DNA from: an uncultured Nitrospira sp.
GTDB taxonomy: Bacteria > Nitrospirota > Nitrospiria > Nitrospirales > Nitrospiraceae
Length of the DNA stretch: 46,258 nt
Assembly: GCA_964570915.1 (NCBI GenBank)
Contig: CAZNBG010000001.1
Location: 1 to 46,258, forward strand
Reading direction: 5' to 3'
Shown here in pieces: positions 8,875-18,136 of the stretch. Both the position numbers and the translations under genes were made by a program. Every line of letters begins with the position of its first letter. Positions within the stretch are counted from its first letter, which is position 1. The notes under the pieces were generated by a model. It was given only the letters and a program-made list of their open reading frames with translations, did not search any database and was not told the origin of the DNA.

Positions 8875-10194
8875 ATGTCTGACGTAGCAGTTGCGGCGCC
8901 GGCGACTTCCTCCACTCCGAGCCGTGCTCGAGGCTGGGAGTTAGTCAAAACCCGAGACTTCGGCTTTTTGTTCGCGGGCCAGACGATCTCTCAGATCGGC
9001 GACAGTCTCAACAAGGTGGCGCTGCTGTGGTTTGTGTATGAAATGACCGGATCGGCGCTCAAGATGACGGTGGTGGGGCTCCTTCAAACACTACCGCCCT
9101 TATTGTTTGGGCCGCTGATCGGTGTCTATCTGGATCGCGTCCGAAAGAAGCCGGTCATGATCGGTGTCGATCTTCTCCGAACCCTGATGGTGTTCCTGAT
9201 CCCATTGCTCTATGCGATGGATGCGTTGACTCTCGATCGACTTTACATGCTCGTGTTTGCAACGGCAATCTTTTCCACGGTCTTCGGGCCGGCCTTAACG
9301 TCCGCGGTGCCTCTCATTGTACCCAAGGATCGGCTTATCGCCGCCAACGCGCTCATGCAAACGACGACCAACGTAGGGCTTCTCGTCGGTCCTGCCGTCA
9401 GCGGCCTGGGGATCGCCCTGATGGGGGCGCAGAATGTGCTCTATGCGGATGCGGCGACCTTTTTTATCTCTGCGCTGTGCTTGTTCCCCATCCGGATGCA
9501 TGAGACGTTCGACCACCTGCGTGCGGCAAGCAAAGGATTGACGGAAGGCATCACCGGCGATTTACTGGCGGGTTTTCGCTTCGTGTTCGTCGAGCAAAAG
9601 ACCGTCATGCTTCTCATGTTAACGGCCACGCTCTATAGCGTCGGTATCAGTGCGTTCATTTTCCTCCTGCCGGTCTTTGCGAAGGACGTGCTTGGCGTTG
9701 GTCCGATCCAACTTGGGTGGCTGTGGTCGGCGCTCGGTGTCGGAATGTTGCTCGCTTCCCTCGGTCTCACATCGATCACACAAGGGGACGTATCGTGGCG
9801 TCTGCGTTTCATGTCCGGCGCGTTGGCGATCGGTGGCCTGGCCGTGGCCGCGCTTGGTTTTCTTGAAGCCCCTGTCGTTGCCGGAGCCCTGATCGCGGTG
9901 ATAGGTGGCAGTACTGCCATGTTTACGCCGTTGGTGTGGACGATGCTTCAAGAATTGACACCCTCGCATCTCCTCGGCCGAGTCTTTACAAGCTTCGCAA
10001 CGGGAGGCATGGCGTCATCGATGGCCGGAATGGCTGGATTTGGATGGGCTGCCGATACGATTGGTCCTGCCGCCAGCTTAGGGGGAATCAGCGTCATTCT
10101 TCTCATGACGGCTGCCACCGCATGGTTGTTCAGCTTCTATAAGTCGCATGCACAAGGCTTGGCAGTTTCCACCTCCGGCACCTTTGCCTCCTAA
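8875..10194 (+). CDS. MFS transporter (DHA3/macrolide-efflux-like)
   Basis: About 12 hydrophobic segments, GQTISQIGD, GVYLDRVRKK motif A; probable start 8875 (ORF is open from 8827). Confidence 0.9.
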   Translation: MSDVAVAAPATSSTPSRARGWELVKTRDFGFLFAGQTISQIGDSLNKVALLWFVYEMTGSALKMTVVGLLQTLPPLLFGPLIGVYLDRVRKKPVMIGVDLLRTLMVFLIPLLYAMDALTLDRLYMLVFATAIFSTVFGPALTSAVPLIVPKDRLIAANALMQTTTNVGLLVGPAVSGLGIALMGAQNVLYADAATFFISALCLFPIRMHETFDHLRAASKGLTEGITGDLLAGFRFVFVEQKTVMLLMLTATLYSVGISAFIFLLPVFAKDVLGVGPIQLGWLWSALGVGMLLASLGLTSITQGDVSWRLRFMSGALAIGGLAVAALGFLEAPVVAGALIAVIGGSTAMFTPLVWTMLQELTPSHLLGRVFTSFATGGMASSMAGMAGFGWAADTIGPAASLGGISVILLMTAATAWLFSFYKSHAQGLAVSTSGTFAS

Positions 10195-10401
10195 GCAAAC
10201 GCCGCTCAATCGCCAACACCTGCGTAACGGCCTCTTCGAAGACACTTCTGAACCTCTGGTAACATCGGAGGCGAGGAATTCCGAGCAGGCCCCTGATCCC
10301 TGGGATCCTCTCGTGCTGTGCGAGGATGACAGAAGATGGATCTCGAGTTACAATGCCTGAGTGAACTCTGAGGGACGAGGTTCGCAAGGAGGATCCGTGC
10401 G

Positions 10402-11292
10402 ATGATCAAGTCGTCACGTGCGCTGATAATTCTGAGCCTGAGCCTGGTCTTGATTGGACCGATGGGTGCGTGCCCCGCGTTCTCCGAATCACAGGAAAAG
10501 GAGAGTACGCCGGAAAAGCCTGCTCCACGTGCGCCACAGTCTCCGGCGGCGTCCGACAATCAGCCTGTTTCTCCCAAGCCATCCACGGAACCCAAGGCGC
10601 AATCTCAGTCTGTCTCTCCGAAAGGTGATTCGTCGACCGATCACAAAGAGATCACGCCGGACAAACCCGCTTCACGTCCGGCACATCCCCCCGCTGCTTC
10701 CGACAGTCAAGCCGCTCCACACAAGCCTGCTGACGCTAAGCCACAGACCCAACCCGCTCCCGCCGTAAAGGCCGATCCACCGCCGGACAAAGAGAAAGAT
10801 ATCAGTGAGACGAAGGAAAAAGAGTCCGTCGTCAAGAAACCGCTGGGTTCACTGATCCTGTCCGTCAAACTGGCCCTGATGGGCGATTCGAGGCTGTTCC
10901 GTTACGAGATCGAGGTGGAAGACGATCAACAAACGATTACCCTGACCGGACGCATCTGTAGCGAAGAGGAGAAAACCGCGGCGACAGAAGTTGCTCAGGC
11001 GGTCCATGGTGTCAAAGGTGTGGTCAACAAACTTGCTCTGGAGAAGGACCTGGCGAGAGCGATGTTGAAGAAGCAGGATGAAATCCTCACTTCCATGGTC
11101 AAAGAACGCTTCGCCAAGAGCGCCACCCTAAAAGCCGCAAACTTCGAGGTGAAGACGGAGGAGGGCGTCGTTCAGCTCAATGGAACGGTGCGTTTCCAAG
11201 TCATTGCGCTTGAAGCGGCGGAGGCGGCTCGTCAGGTTCCGGGAGTTCGAGCGGTCAACACCGACAAGATTCGGCTGGAGGGTGAGAGCTGA
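10402..11292 (+). CDS. Exported dual BON-domain protein with P/S/K-rich linker
   Basis: Signal peptide; two BON-like units ending AQAVHGVKGVVNKL and ARQVPGVRAVNTD; AGGAGG RBS. Confidence 0.88.
   Translation: MIKSSRALIILSLSLVLIGPMGACPAFSESQEKESTPEKPAPRAPQSPAASDNQPVSPKPSTEPKAQSQSVSPKGDSSTDHKEITPDKPASRPAHPPAASDSQAAPHKPADAKPQTQPAPAVKADPPPDKEKDISETKEKESVVKKPLGSLILSVKLALMGDSRLFRYEIEVEDDQQTITLTGRICSEEEKTAATEVAQAVHGVKGVVNKLALEKDLARAMLKKQDEILTSMVKERFAKSATLKAANFEVKTEEGVVQLNGTVRFQVIALEAAEAARQVPGVRAVNTDKIRLEGES
10507..10806 (+). repeat. Internal tandem duplication (about 49 aa x2) in the BON protein linker
   Basis: TPEKPAPRAPQSPAASDNQ at 10507 and TPDKPASRPAHPPAASDSQ at 10654, 147-nt period. Confidence 0.75.
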
Positions 11293-12578
11293 TGCAGGGC
11301 CGCTCCGGCCCCTTCTCCTGCTCTCCCACGAGTGCGGAGAAATCAGAGCCCACCTCGGTCGAATATCGTCCGCTGCTTCTGACTCGTGATTTCGGCCTTG
11401 TCTGGTCCGGACAACTCATCTCTCAAGTCGGCGATGGCATCTCCAGACTGGCCCTTCTGTGGTTCGTCTACGCAGTGACCGGATCACCGCTCAAGACTTC
11501 TATCATCGGTCTTTTGCAGACGATTCCTCCGATTGTTCTGGGCCCGATCATCGGGGTGTATGTCGATCGACTTCCGAAAAAGCTTCTGCTGATCAGCAGC
11601 GACTTGCTGCGCGCACTGCTGATCGGGTTGATTCCTTGCCTCATTCCCGTCGAATCCTTTACCGTCTCGGTCCTCTATGTGCTGGTCCTGTTGCACGCGA
11701 TTGCAACGGCGGTGTTCGGTCCGGCCCTCACCGCGGCGGTGCCGGCGTTCGTCCCCAAAACGCAATTCACGGCAGCCAATGCCCTGCTCCAAGGTACCAC
11801 GAGTCTTGGTATTGTGTTCGGTCCTGCGCTGAGCGGGCTGGGTATTGCCGCGTATGGATCTCAAGAGGTCTTATGCATCAATGCCGCGACCTACATCATT
11901 TCGGCGGCGTGCCTCGCGCTGGTTCGTTTTGGCACCCCTGTCACAAGTACTCCTTCTCTTGCGTCGAAGCCGACAATGCTGCAGGATCTGGTCGAGGGGT
12001 TTCGCTATAGTGTGGTCACCCAGCCAAGGCTGTTGCTGTTGACCGGCACCGCAGCTCTCTACACGTTCGGCACCAGTGCACTCACCGCACTGTTTCCGGT
12101 ATTTGCGCGGAAAATGCTCGGGCTGGGTCCGATCGAGGTCGGATATCTCTGGTCGGCGCTCGGCGTGGGGTTGTTGCTCACGTCGATCGGGCTGCTCTGG
12201 GTGACGGACTGGAGAGTCAAGGATCGCATGCGGCTGATTATAGGCACAAGTGTGTTGAGCGGCGTAGCTCTCTGCGCGTTGACCTTGACGCTTGATCCCT
12301 ATGTCGTCGGCTTTCTCATGGGACTGATCGGCTGTGGAATGGGCGCCTTTACGCCGATTGCTTGGGGCATCATCCAGGAGCTGACGCCGGGCCAGATGGT
12401 CGGGCGGGTGTTGGGGCTCTATGGGACCGGCGCCATGACCGCCGCTATCGGCGGGATCTCCGCGTTTGGATGGATCATGGAACAACAAGGCCCTGAAACC
12501 GGTGTGCTCGGGATCGGCCTTGTTCTAATGGTAACGGCGCTGGTTGCCACGCGAATGAGTCGAGCGAGTGCCGTGTAG
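11292..12578 (+). CDS. MFS transporter, paralog of 8875-10194
   Basis: TRDFG..GQLISQVGD..ALLWFVY..TGS.LK..GLLQT.PP shared with the first MFS gene; start overlaps the BON stop. Confidence 0.9.
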   Translation: MQGRSGPFSCSPTSAEKSEPTSVEYRPLLLTRDFGLVWSGQLISQVGDGISRLALLWFVYAVTGSPLKTSIIGLLQTIPPIVLGPIIGVYVDRLPKKLLLISSDLLRALLIGLIPCLIPVESFTVSVLYVLVLLHAIATAVFGPALTAAVPAFVPKTQFTAANALLQGTTSLGIVFGPALSGLGIAAYGSQEVLCINAATYIISAACLALVRFGTPVTSTPSLASKPTMLQDLVEGFRYSVVTQPRLLLLTGTAALYTFGTSALTALFPVFARKMLGLGPIEVGYLWSALGVGLLLTSIGLLWVTDWRVKDRMRLIIGTSVLSGVALCALTLTLDPYVVGFLMGLIGCGMGAFTPIAWGIIQELTPGQMVGRVLGLYGTGAMTAAIGGISAFGWIMEQQGPETGVLGIGLVLMVTALVATRMSRASAV

Positions 12579-12593
12579 TAAAGGGAACCATTC

Positions 12594-14762
12594 ATGAACG
12601 ACGTCATTCGATGGAACGATCAATATTATATCCTCGCTTCATCCTCGTTTGCGGAGGGCCGCACGGAGGTCTTAAAACAGGGGGAGACCTTTGCGGTGTT
12701 TGATCGCTACGGCGATATTCACCAAGTGCTCCCTGGTCCGCAGGGACTCTATCATGAGGGGACACGCTTCCTCTCCCGATTCGAGCTCTCGATGGGGACG
12801 CAGCGCCCGATGCTGCTCAGTGCGACCGTGAAAGAGGACAATGCACTTTTTCGGGTCGATCTCACCAATCCGGATCTGATGATAGAGGGGCAGAAGCCGC
12901 TGCCGCGCGGGACCCTCCATCTGTGCCGCACCCGGTTTCTCTGGCAAGGGACCTGTCATGAGCGCATCCATGTGCATAACTACGGGGTCACAAGAATTCC
13001 CCTCTTGCTCACGATCAGCATGGATACGGATTTCGCCGACCTCTTCGAGGCGAGAGGCCGGCAGCGGCTCCGTCGCGGAGAGAAGCTCAACACCGTTCGA
13101 TCGAAGACCGGACTAGTATTTGGGTACAAGGGGCTCGATGCGGTCATCCGTCGAACCCATGTCCAGTGTTCTCCCGCGCCGAAACGGGTGACATCCGATG
13201 GATTCAGTATTGAGTCGCGCATTCCTCCGCACACCGGTATGACCTGGGACATCGCCATTTCCTGCGAAATCAAGCAACGCCGGAGCCGGGTTTCTCTTTC
13301 CTACCACCGAGCATGCAGTGAGACCGAGCATGCGTTGCAGGACGCGAAGGCCTGCGACGCTCACGTCTATACGGCGAACGAGCAATTCAATCACTGGTTG
13401 AACCGGTCGCTTGCCGATCTCCACATGTTGATCTCGAAGACGCCACAGGGGCTCTATCCCTATGCCGGAGTGCCCTGGTTCAGCGTCCCGTTCGGCCGGG
13501 ACGGTATCATCACGGCGTTGCAGATGCTCTGGGTGAATCCGGCGGTTGCACGAGGGGTGCTGGGGTTTCTGGCGTCGACACAGGCAACGGAAGTCCGGCC
13601 GGAACAGGATGCCGAGGTCGGAAAAATATTGCATGAGACGCGTCAAGGAGAGATGGCGGCGCTGGGAGAAATTCCCTTCGGCCGATACTACGGCAGCGTC
13701 GATGCCACGCCGTTGTTTATTGTTCTGGCAGGCGCGTACTACGAGCGAAGCGGCGATCGTGGGTTCCTCACGAAGCTCTGGCCGCATATTCAGCGGGCGC
13801 TCCAGTGGATTGATCGCCACGGCGACTCGACGGGCATGGGCTTTACCACCTATGCGCGGCAGTCCGCCGATGGACTGGTGCACCAAGGATGGAAAGATTC
13901 CCATGACGCCATCTTTCACGCGGACGGAACGCCTGCGGACGGACCGATCGCGTTGTGCGAGGTCCAGGCCTATGTGTATCAGGCTAAGCGAACGGCGGCG
14001 GACTTGGCCTGGCTTCTGGGTGATATCGATCAAGCCGATCGTTTGCTGAAGGAAGCCGAATCGCTTCGAGAACGGTTCGAGCGAGCGTTCTGGTGTGAGG
14101 AGATCGACTCCTATGCGCTTGCCTTGGATGGAGAAGGACGTCCCTGTCGTGTGCGCTCCTCGAACGCGGGTCATTGTCTGTATGGCGGCATCGCCGGGCA
14201 GGAACGAGGGCTGCGGACCGCGCGCACACTTTTGAGCGAAGAATTTTTCAGTGGATGGGGCATCCGAACGATTGCGACGTCGGAGGCTCGGTATAACCCC
14301 ATGTCCTACCATAACGGATCGGTGTGGCCTCACGACAACGCCATCGTTGCCGCCGGTATGGCGAACTACGGCTATAAGCAAGGGGCCATGCAAGTCTTGG
14401 CCGGGCTCTTCGACAGCAGCCTGTTTCTTGAACTCTATCGGCTGCCTGAATTGTTTTGCGGATTCTCCCGACGCGCTGGAGAAAGTCCAACACTCTATCC
14501 GACGGCCTGCGCCCCACAGGCCTGGGCGGCCGGTGCCGGCTTTCTACTGCTCCAAGCATGTCTGGGTTTACGGATCGATGCGCCTCGCCGCCTCGTGAGT
14601 TTCGTCCGTCCCGCGCTTCCGCCGTTCCTTGAGCGAGTCGAGATTCGGAACCTCTCGATCGGGGCCGCGCGTCTCGACCTCGTGCTCGATCGTCATGAGA
14701 ATGAAGTGGCGTTGCGGGTTGCCCGCCGAGTCGGCGAGGTGGAGGTCGTGCTCACGATGTAA
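12594..14762 (+). CDS. Amylo-alpha-1,6-glucosidase / glycogen debranching enzyme family glycoside hydrolase
   Basis: YAGVPWFSVPFGRDG, YYGSVDATPLF, HQGWKDS, YHNGSVWPHDN, LPELFCG, PTACAPQAWAAG. Confidence 0.92.
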   Translation: MNDVIRWNDQYYILASSSFAEGRTEVLKQGETFAVFDRYGDIHQVLPGPQGLYHEGTRFLSRFELSMGTQRPMLLSATVKEDNALFRVDLTNPDLMIEGQKPLPRGTLHLCRTRFLWQGTCHERIHVHNYGVTRIPLLLTISMDTDFADLFEARGRQRLRRGEKLNTVRSKTGLVFGYKGLDAVIRRTHVQCSPAPKRVTSDGFSIESRIPPHTGMTWDIAISCEIKQRRSRVSLSYHRACSETEHALQDAKACDAHVYTANEQFNHWLNRSLADLHMLISKTPQGLYPYAGVPWFSVPFGRDGIITALQMLWVNPAVARGVLGFLASTQATEVRPEQDAEVGKILHETRQGEMAALGEIPFGRYYGSVDATPLFIVLAGAYYERSGDRGFLTKLWPHIQRALQWIDRHGDSTGMGFTTYARQSADGLVHQGWKDSHDAIFHADGTPADGPIALCEVQAYVYQAKRTAADLAWLLGDIDQADRLLKEAESLRERFERAFWCEEIDSYALALDGEGRPCRVRSSNAGHCLYGGIAGQERGLRTARTLLSEEFFSGWGIRTIATSEARYNPMSYHNGSVWPHDNAIVAAGMANYGYKQGAMQVLAGLFDSSLFLELYRLPELFCGFSRRAGESPTLYPTACAPQAWAAGAGFLLLQACLGLRIDAPRRLVSFVRPALPPFLERVEIRNLSIGAARLDLVLDRHENEVALRVARRVGEVEVVLTM

Positions 14763-14875
14763 GGAAGCGCGAGAGAATTTACGCGTCGCGCTTGCCGAGG
14801 GGTCCATTCCGATCATCCACTCTCATCCATCCGCCTCCCATGTGTCTGGTGGGAGTGTCGCTCTTGCCTCAGTCG

Positions 14876-15781
14876 TCAGGCACCAACGCTTCGTACGGTG
14901 AGGACCGAACAGGGAGCGTGCCTGAGCAGGCTCTCGGATATGCTGCCGAGACGCAGCCGTTCACTCTTAGTCAAATTGCGAGCCCCGATCACCAGGAGCT
15001 CTTCACGATTGGCTTCGACGTGCCTGACGATGGTCTCGATGACGTGGTTCATCCGGACCTGCGTCTCTACCAGAAAGCCGTCCTTGATGAATTCGTCCCG
15101 CATGCTGTTGACGAAAGCGGTTGCCCGATCCATGACGGGTGCGGTCAACTCAGCCAATTGCGACTCGGTGAGGTACTCCGCCGCGAAGTCCGTCACGGGA
15201 CTTTCAACGGCGGTCAGGATCGTAACGACGGCGGATTCAGGAAGGATGCGGGATCGTAGAAATCTGGCCGCCACCCGTGACGGTTTGGAATCATCAACCG
15301 CGAGGGCCACACGGAAAAGGTTGAGCCTAGGCTGTTTCACGACCAAAACCGAACAAACAGCTGTCGATGCCACTTGACGAGAGACACTTCCCAACAAGAA
15401 CCCTTGAATATCACTTAAGCCGCGCGATCCCATGATGATCAGACCGGCCTTCAATCGCCGCGCGTGTCGGACGATCGTATTTGCAAGCGGGCCATGGGCC
15501 AAGATGGTCTGGAGTTTGGTGTGCGGGCCAGTGGTGGTATGGCCAAGGGCCAAGCGGGCTGATTGTTCTGCTTGCCGTAGAAGCATGCCGCCGGCCTTTT
15601 CCATGGCGGCCAGTGTACGGCGCTCGCCAAGAGCGTTCCGGCCGATGAGTGCTTGAAGTGCGGGCGTGTCAATGACATGCAGCAACGTGACCTGCTCGGG
15701 CACACGGTTAGCGAAGGCCTCGAGTGCTTGGATTCCCCAGTGCGAGTGTTCCGACCCATCGACCGCACATAAGATCCGCAT
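14876..15781 (-). CDS. Universal stress protein (tandem USP domains)
   Basis: ILCAVDGS, MGSRGLSDIQGFLLGSVS, and a second LGSISESLLRHAPCSVL. Confidence 0.92.
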   Translation of the reverse strand: MRILCAVDGSEHSHWGIQALEAFANRVPEQVTLLHVIDTPALQALIGRNALGERRTLAAMEKAGGMLLRQAEQSARLALGHTTTGPHTKLQTILAHGPLANTIVRHARRLKAGLIIMGSRGLSDIQGFLLGSVSRQVASTAVCSVLVVKQPRLNLFRVALAVDDSKPSRVAARFLRSRILPESAVVTILTAVESPVTDFAAEYLTESQLAELTAPVMDRATAFVNSMRDEFIKDGFLVETQVRMNHVIETIVRHVEANREELLVIGARNLTKSERLRLGSISESLLRHAPCSVLTVRSVGA

Positions 15782-15840
15782 GCGCGATTCCTCTTCTCAA
15801 TGACGGCCATAACCCAAACATCGTTTTCGGGTATTAGATC

Positions 15841-15856
15841 TGCATTGGATATGCCA
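15841..15856 (-). promoter_or_regulatory. Sigma54 -24/-12 promoter for the USP gene
   Basis: Minus strand TGGCATA-TCCA-ATGCA, 60 bp upstream of the start. Confidence 0.7.
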
Positions 15857-15929
15857 GTGAAAGCAGAGAGGCGGGAAAGGAGTTGTTTGTCTTACAAGGA
15901 ACTATGGATGGAGTCGGTGCTGGCATGTT

Positions 15930-15944
15930 GCGACACATTGTCGC
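15930..15944. promoter_or_regulatory. Palindromic candidate activator binding site
   Basis: GCGACA-CAT-TGTCGC, about 75-90 bp upstream of the sigma54 motif. Confidence 0.5.
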
Positions 15945-16068
15945 GTTTTGCGGCAGACTCGGTACCTGACTGTGGTGAATCGCATCACTCTCAATGGATT
16001 CAGATTCCAGGTGGCTGACGACTCACGCTCGGGAACGAGTGCAACCGACTGCTGACAAGGAGGGAGCA

Positions 16069-16512
16069 ATGAGAAACAGGAAGAAGGTCAGCGTGGCCAA
16101 GGTCAAGGACTTCGATTCCATGACTGTCAGGCAAGTCATGGAAAAGGAAGTGCAGTTTGTCTATAGGAAAACGAAGGGTGACTTGATTGCTTCCCTCATG
16201 ATTGAGGGACTCGGGGCGATGCCGGTTGTGGAGAATGGGCGCAAACTGGCCGGCATCGTCAGCGAACATGATTTACTGGCGGCTGTCGACGACGGTTATC
16301 GGCTCGGTGCAGTCGCGGCAAAGGATGTGATGACCGCCAACCCGTATTCGGTCAGGCCTGAAACGACGCTCGGAACGCTGGTCCATGTGCTACGCGCAAG
16401 CGATCTGGTCCGCGTTCCTGTGGTGGACGACAAAGATAAATTGATCGGCATTATCGCAAGACGCGATGTCTTGCGGACCTATCTCGCGACTGGCGGCAAA
16501 CGAAGCCAGTGA
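16069..16512 (+). CDS. CBS-domain protein (one CBS pair)
   Basis: MPVVENGRKLAGIVSEHDLL and VPVVDDKDKLIGIIARRDVL; AGGAGG RBS before ATG 16069. Confidence 0.9.
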   Translation: MRNRKKVSVAKVKDFDSMTVRQVMEKEVQFVYRKTKGDLIASLMIEGLGAMPVVENGRKLAGIVSEHDLLAAVDDGYRLGAVAAKDVMTANPYSVRPETTLGTLVHVLRASDLVRVPVVDDKDKLIGIIARRDVLRTYLATGGKRSQ

Positions 16513-16597
16513 GAAACCTCGTGAGACAAATTGAATTCTTCGCGAAAAGTCTGCGATGACGGCGAAGAGCTGTCGAGCGAAGAACGGAATGCCGGCT

Positions 16598-16918
16598 TCA
16601 AATGATGATGTCGCAGGGTTGAAGAAAGACCTTCAACGGGATTTCGTGTTCCTGATGCCCTTGGACATGTTGGGCACGAATCGCCTTGAGAGCTGCCAAT
16701 ATTTTGGGCAGAAATGTGGATTCATAACCGAGCGCGAGCAGGAACAGCGTATTGGTGCCGAAATTGGGGTCCGCGCTCAGCATGGTTCCGGTTACGCTAC
16801 TCCCCTCCACATCTGAGATCACGGTGTATCCTTTAAGCCCCAGGTCTTGAAATAGGGTGACGACCTCTTTCTCCAATGTTTTTCCACAGATAATGAGAAG
16901 CATCTCCATGATGACCAT
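16598..16918 (-). CDS. P-II-like small protein
   Basis: About 105 aa with LGLKGYTVISDVEGSS pattern of the P-II superfamily; lacks the canonical GlnB T-loop. Confidence 0.6.
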   Translation of the reverse strand: MVIMEMLLIICGKTLEKEVVTLFQDLGLKGYTVISDVEGSSVTGTMLSADPNFGTNTLFLLALGYESTFLPKILAALKAIRAQHVQGHQEHEIPLKVFLQPCDIII

Positions 16919-17115
16919 TTTGGCCGTTGCTCTGTCGCTGGGGGCAATCGCTGCTTCAGCCTACTACAGCCGTGGAAATCCTAAAGAAACACGATGTTGT
17001 GCTCCGATTACCATGCAGATAGATGACCAATAGCAAGTCAAGCTTGAAGCCATATGATGGTCTGGTTATACAGCTCGTGTTAGATGGTACAGATCACTTG
17101 GTCGCCGATTGAGAG

Positions 17116-17433
17116 TTAATCAGAGACTCGTTGAATCGTCGAGGCATATCCGTCCTCGGAAACATAGGCTCTGACCTGGTCTCCGATTGCCACGCGATCC
17201 ATTTTGGTTTGATCGTCTACGCGGAAACGTGTTGTTTCGCCACTGCTCGCCTTGATGGAGACATACTTCGCTCCAATGTCATGAATTCTGCCGGTGACCG
17301 AATCGTGCTTGATTCGTTCTCCAATCGTCGGTGACGCTGCTCGCCGTTCGGACGCCGTCTGGCTGCATCCCAGCGCCCCCACATACAGCGCCAGAATAGC
17401 GACGATCGCAATATTTAGAAATTTGACGCCCAT
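17116..17433 (-). CDS. Small lipoprotein of unknown function
   Basis: Lipobox ALGC after a hydrophobic signal; GGAGGAGG RBS; beta-rich C-terminus. Confidence 0.75.
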   Translation of the reverse strand: MGVKFLNIAIVAILALYVGALGCSQTASERRAASPTIGERIKHDSVTGRIHDIGAKYVSIKASSGETTRFRVDDQTKMDRVAIGDQVRAYVSEDGYASTIQRVSD

Positions 17434-17636
17434 GATGCACCTCCTCCAACTAGAAGTGTTTCCATTGAGTCTAATCGGAGGAGGGGCAGTTCTGTGCTGG
17501 GAATGACCCTAGAACTTGTGTGAGCATCGCACGTCTCTTCTTAAGACGGCGTCGTGAAAGATAGTTCTCACAATCCGCTCCGTACGCAGTGCTCCAGCGT
17601 CAGGGACTCAGTATCAAAGTTGGCTCCGTCTAAACG

Positions 17637-17673
17637 ATAAGATATATTTATCACCTAATCATACACTATCAAT
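17637..17673. promoter_or_regulatory. OxyR/LysR-type binding site candidate
   Basis: ATAA-N7-TTAT-N7-TCAT-N7-CAAT compared with OxyR ATAG-N7-CTAT-N7-ATAG-N7-CTAT; AT-rich patch upstream of catalase. Confidence 0.55.
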
Positions 17674-17755
17674 TGGACTGATGACCAAGGAGAGGCTACC
17701 TTGCACGTAAGCACATGGACGAATCCGCGGCACAAACCACACCAGGGAGGAGATC

Positions 17756-17998
17756 ATGAGAGTGAAAAACATGTTGGCAGTAGGAGTCATAGCGATGATG
17801 ATTGCAACCGGCGTCATGAACGTGGCAGACAGTTTCGCCTCCGATGCGTATCGGGTGGATGTTATCGAGACGCTTCAGGCCACAGTCGCACAGGAGGACA
17901 GCGTAAAGGCCGGAGTGGAGTGGACGAGGGTGGACGTGATCGAGAATATCGGATCTCAAGGCACGGGGTACCCTTACCGCCGACCGATGAGCCACTGA
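17756..17998 (+). CDS. Small exported protein
   Basis: GGAGGAG RBS, signal peptide ending SFA, repeated RVDVIE motif. Confidence 0.7.
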   Translation: MRVKNMLAVGVIAMMIATGVMNVADSFASDAYRVDVIETLQATVAQEDSVKAGVEWTRVDVIENIGSQGTGYPYRRPMSH

Positions 17999-18136
17999 CA
18001 CTTCGTCGAGACGCCTGACCGAGGGAGGACTCTGTCCGTCCTCTGTCAGTTCGAAATCAAGCGGCGTATTGTCGCAACGCGGATAACAGAGGGACGTCAT
18101 GTGGACTGATCGACATCTACAATAAGAGGAGATGCC

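Noticed and set aside
13113-14393. 426-aa minus-strand ORF
   Set aside because: Antisense shadow of the glycoside hydrolase gene; the long antisense ORFs over katA, mrcA, hscA and iscS were rejected for the same reason
15921-15932. TGGCATGTTGC as a sigma54 promoter
   Set aside because: GG-to-GC spacing is 6 nt rather than 10
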